Positions 63,302 to 64,000 of a stretch of DNA of 64,000 bases are shown here, in pieces. The position numbers and the translations under genes are program-made. Position 1 is the stretch's first letter, and each line of letters begins with the position of its first letter. The notes beneath the pieces were generated by a model. It saw only the letters and a program-made list of their open reading frames with translations. It searched no databases and was not told the origin of the DNA. This DNA comes from Candidatus Giovannonibacteria bacterium (GTDB lineage Bacteria; Patescibacteriota; Minisyncoccia; UBA11713; 2-01-FULL-45-33): positions 2,156 to 66,155 of the forward strand of contig JACOXN010000005.1 of assembly GCA_016176295.1 (NCBI GenBank), in the 5' to 3' direction.

Positions 63302-64000
63302 TTACTTATCAGATGTAACTTTATCGTATAAGTCTTCGTCTTTTTCTTCACTTAAAATGCCTTTTTTTACAAAGAATTCAAATTTATTCGTAGCTTCCTG
63401 TATCATAGATTTGCTATATTCTTTCTCATGGCCCAGCCAACTATAATCTGTATGATCTTGACCATGCGGTCCTCTTGCCGCTTTTTTCAGCAGAACATCT
63501 ATATAATCACGTGCTACTTGTCTTAAATAATCTAAATGAGCATCGTCGATCGGGAAATAATTATATTTTTTCAGATAGTATAAAATTGATATTGATTCTT
63601 CAAACACTCGGCGATCTGATTCCGATGTGCGGCTATAATCTTTTAACATTGCGTCCAAAATTTCCGGCGGCGAGCCGATTCTATATCGATCGTAGAGTTC
63701 TAAGTTGTGTTTTAAATGCCTGGTGCGCAAAATATAATCTTTCGATTCAAGATTTTCTTTATATTTATTTTTGAGATTCGTTAAAATTTGTTTTAACGCT
63801 TCCGGATTCACTTTGAATTCTCGCGGGTAAGATTTCATATCCATTTCTATATCATCTATTTTTATACCAGTATCTATTTCGAAATTATCTCGCAGATTGC
63901 CGTGCGCGCGAGTTGATTTCACAAATTGCTCAATCTTTACTAAAGATTCTTGGTCTTGTTCTTCCGGAGATTTTAACTTATTATCTATTTCTGATTTCAG
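63302..64000 (-). CDS. Hypothetical protein, N-terminus beyond window end
   Basis: The track gives 63302..63922 from a GTG, but the frame stays open on the minus strand to nt 64000 (LKSEIDNKLKSPEEQDQESLVKIEQF-VKSTRAHG...). AT-rich, with no motif recognised. Confidence 0.6.
   Translation of the reverse strand: MKSEIDNKLKSPEEQDQESLVKIEQFVKSTRAHGNLRDNFEIDTGIKIDDIEMDMKSYPREFKVNPEALKQILTNLKNKYKENLESKDYILRTRHLKHNLELYDRYRIGSPPEILDAMLKDYSRTSESDRRVFEESISILYYLKKYNYFPIDDAHLDYLRQVARDYIDVLLKKAARGPHGQDHTDYSWLGHEKEYSKSMIQEATNKFEFFVKKGILSEEKDEDLYDKVTSDK

Overview
This 64-kb chromosomal segment looks like it comes from a small-genome bacterium. It may be CPR/Patescibacteria-like, but that is an inference from gene style only: compact rpoB/rpoC, LamG and TPR/O-antigen-ligase-like envelope proteins, and many orphan secreted proteins.

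Core genes:
- nrdJ (5'-truncated by the window edge), pepN, and an unusually long RNase P RNA (rnpB).
- An envelope block made of an O-antigen-ligase-like/TPR protein and murJ.
- lepA, an ftsB-like gene, and prfB with the classical CTT-TGA-C +1 frameshift. UGA is therefore a stop codon here.
- ftsE and ftsX (split by an orphan gene), secF, rpoB-rpoC, ftsK and recA.
- A minus-strand ychF-rpsF-ssb-rpsR block, trpS, a phosphomannomutase and a DUF885 protein.
- Three tRNAs: Gly-CCC, Thr-CGT and Gln-CTG.

No rRNA gene and no CRISPR array were seen.

The accessory content is concentrated at 5.6-15 kb, directly downstream of rnpB. It contains:
- A hicBA cassette bracketed by an exact duplication of the rnpB 3' end.
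- A SAM-methyltransferase/ParB-like fusion gene and a MerR-type HTH gene.
- MazF-like, NYN, AbiEii-like and Fic genes, plus a decayed AAA/DUF4143 ATPase.
- Repeated 5' and 3' stubs of LamG-domain genes embedded among these cassettes. The stubs break at the same points, which gives a cassette-array-like mosaic.

Other notable items:
- A GIY-YIG gene flanked by a duplicated 5' half of tRNA-Gly.
- A three-gene secreted protease-like cluster between rpoC and ftsK.
- A 5'-truncated IS30 copy abutting a 40-bp perfect palindrome.
- Small palindromic or MITE-like elements.
- A recurrent '-10 box, 6 nt, ATG' (leaderless-type) architecture on accessory genes.

All calls rest on reading motifs and repeats by eye. 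No database search or computation was run.
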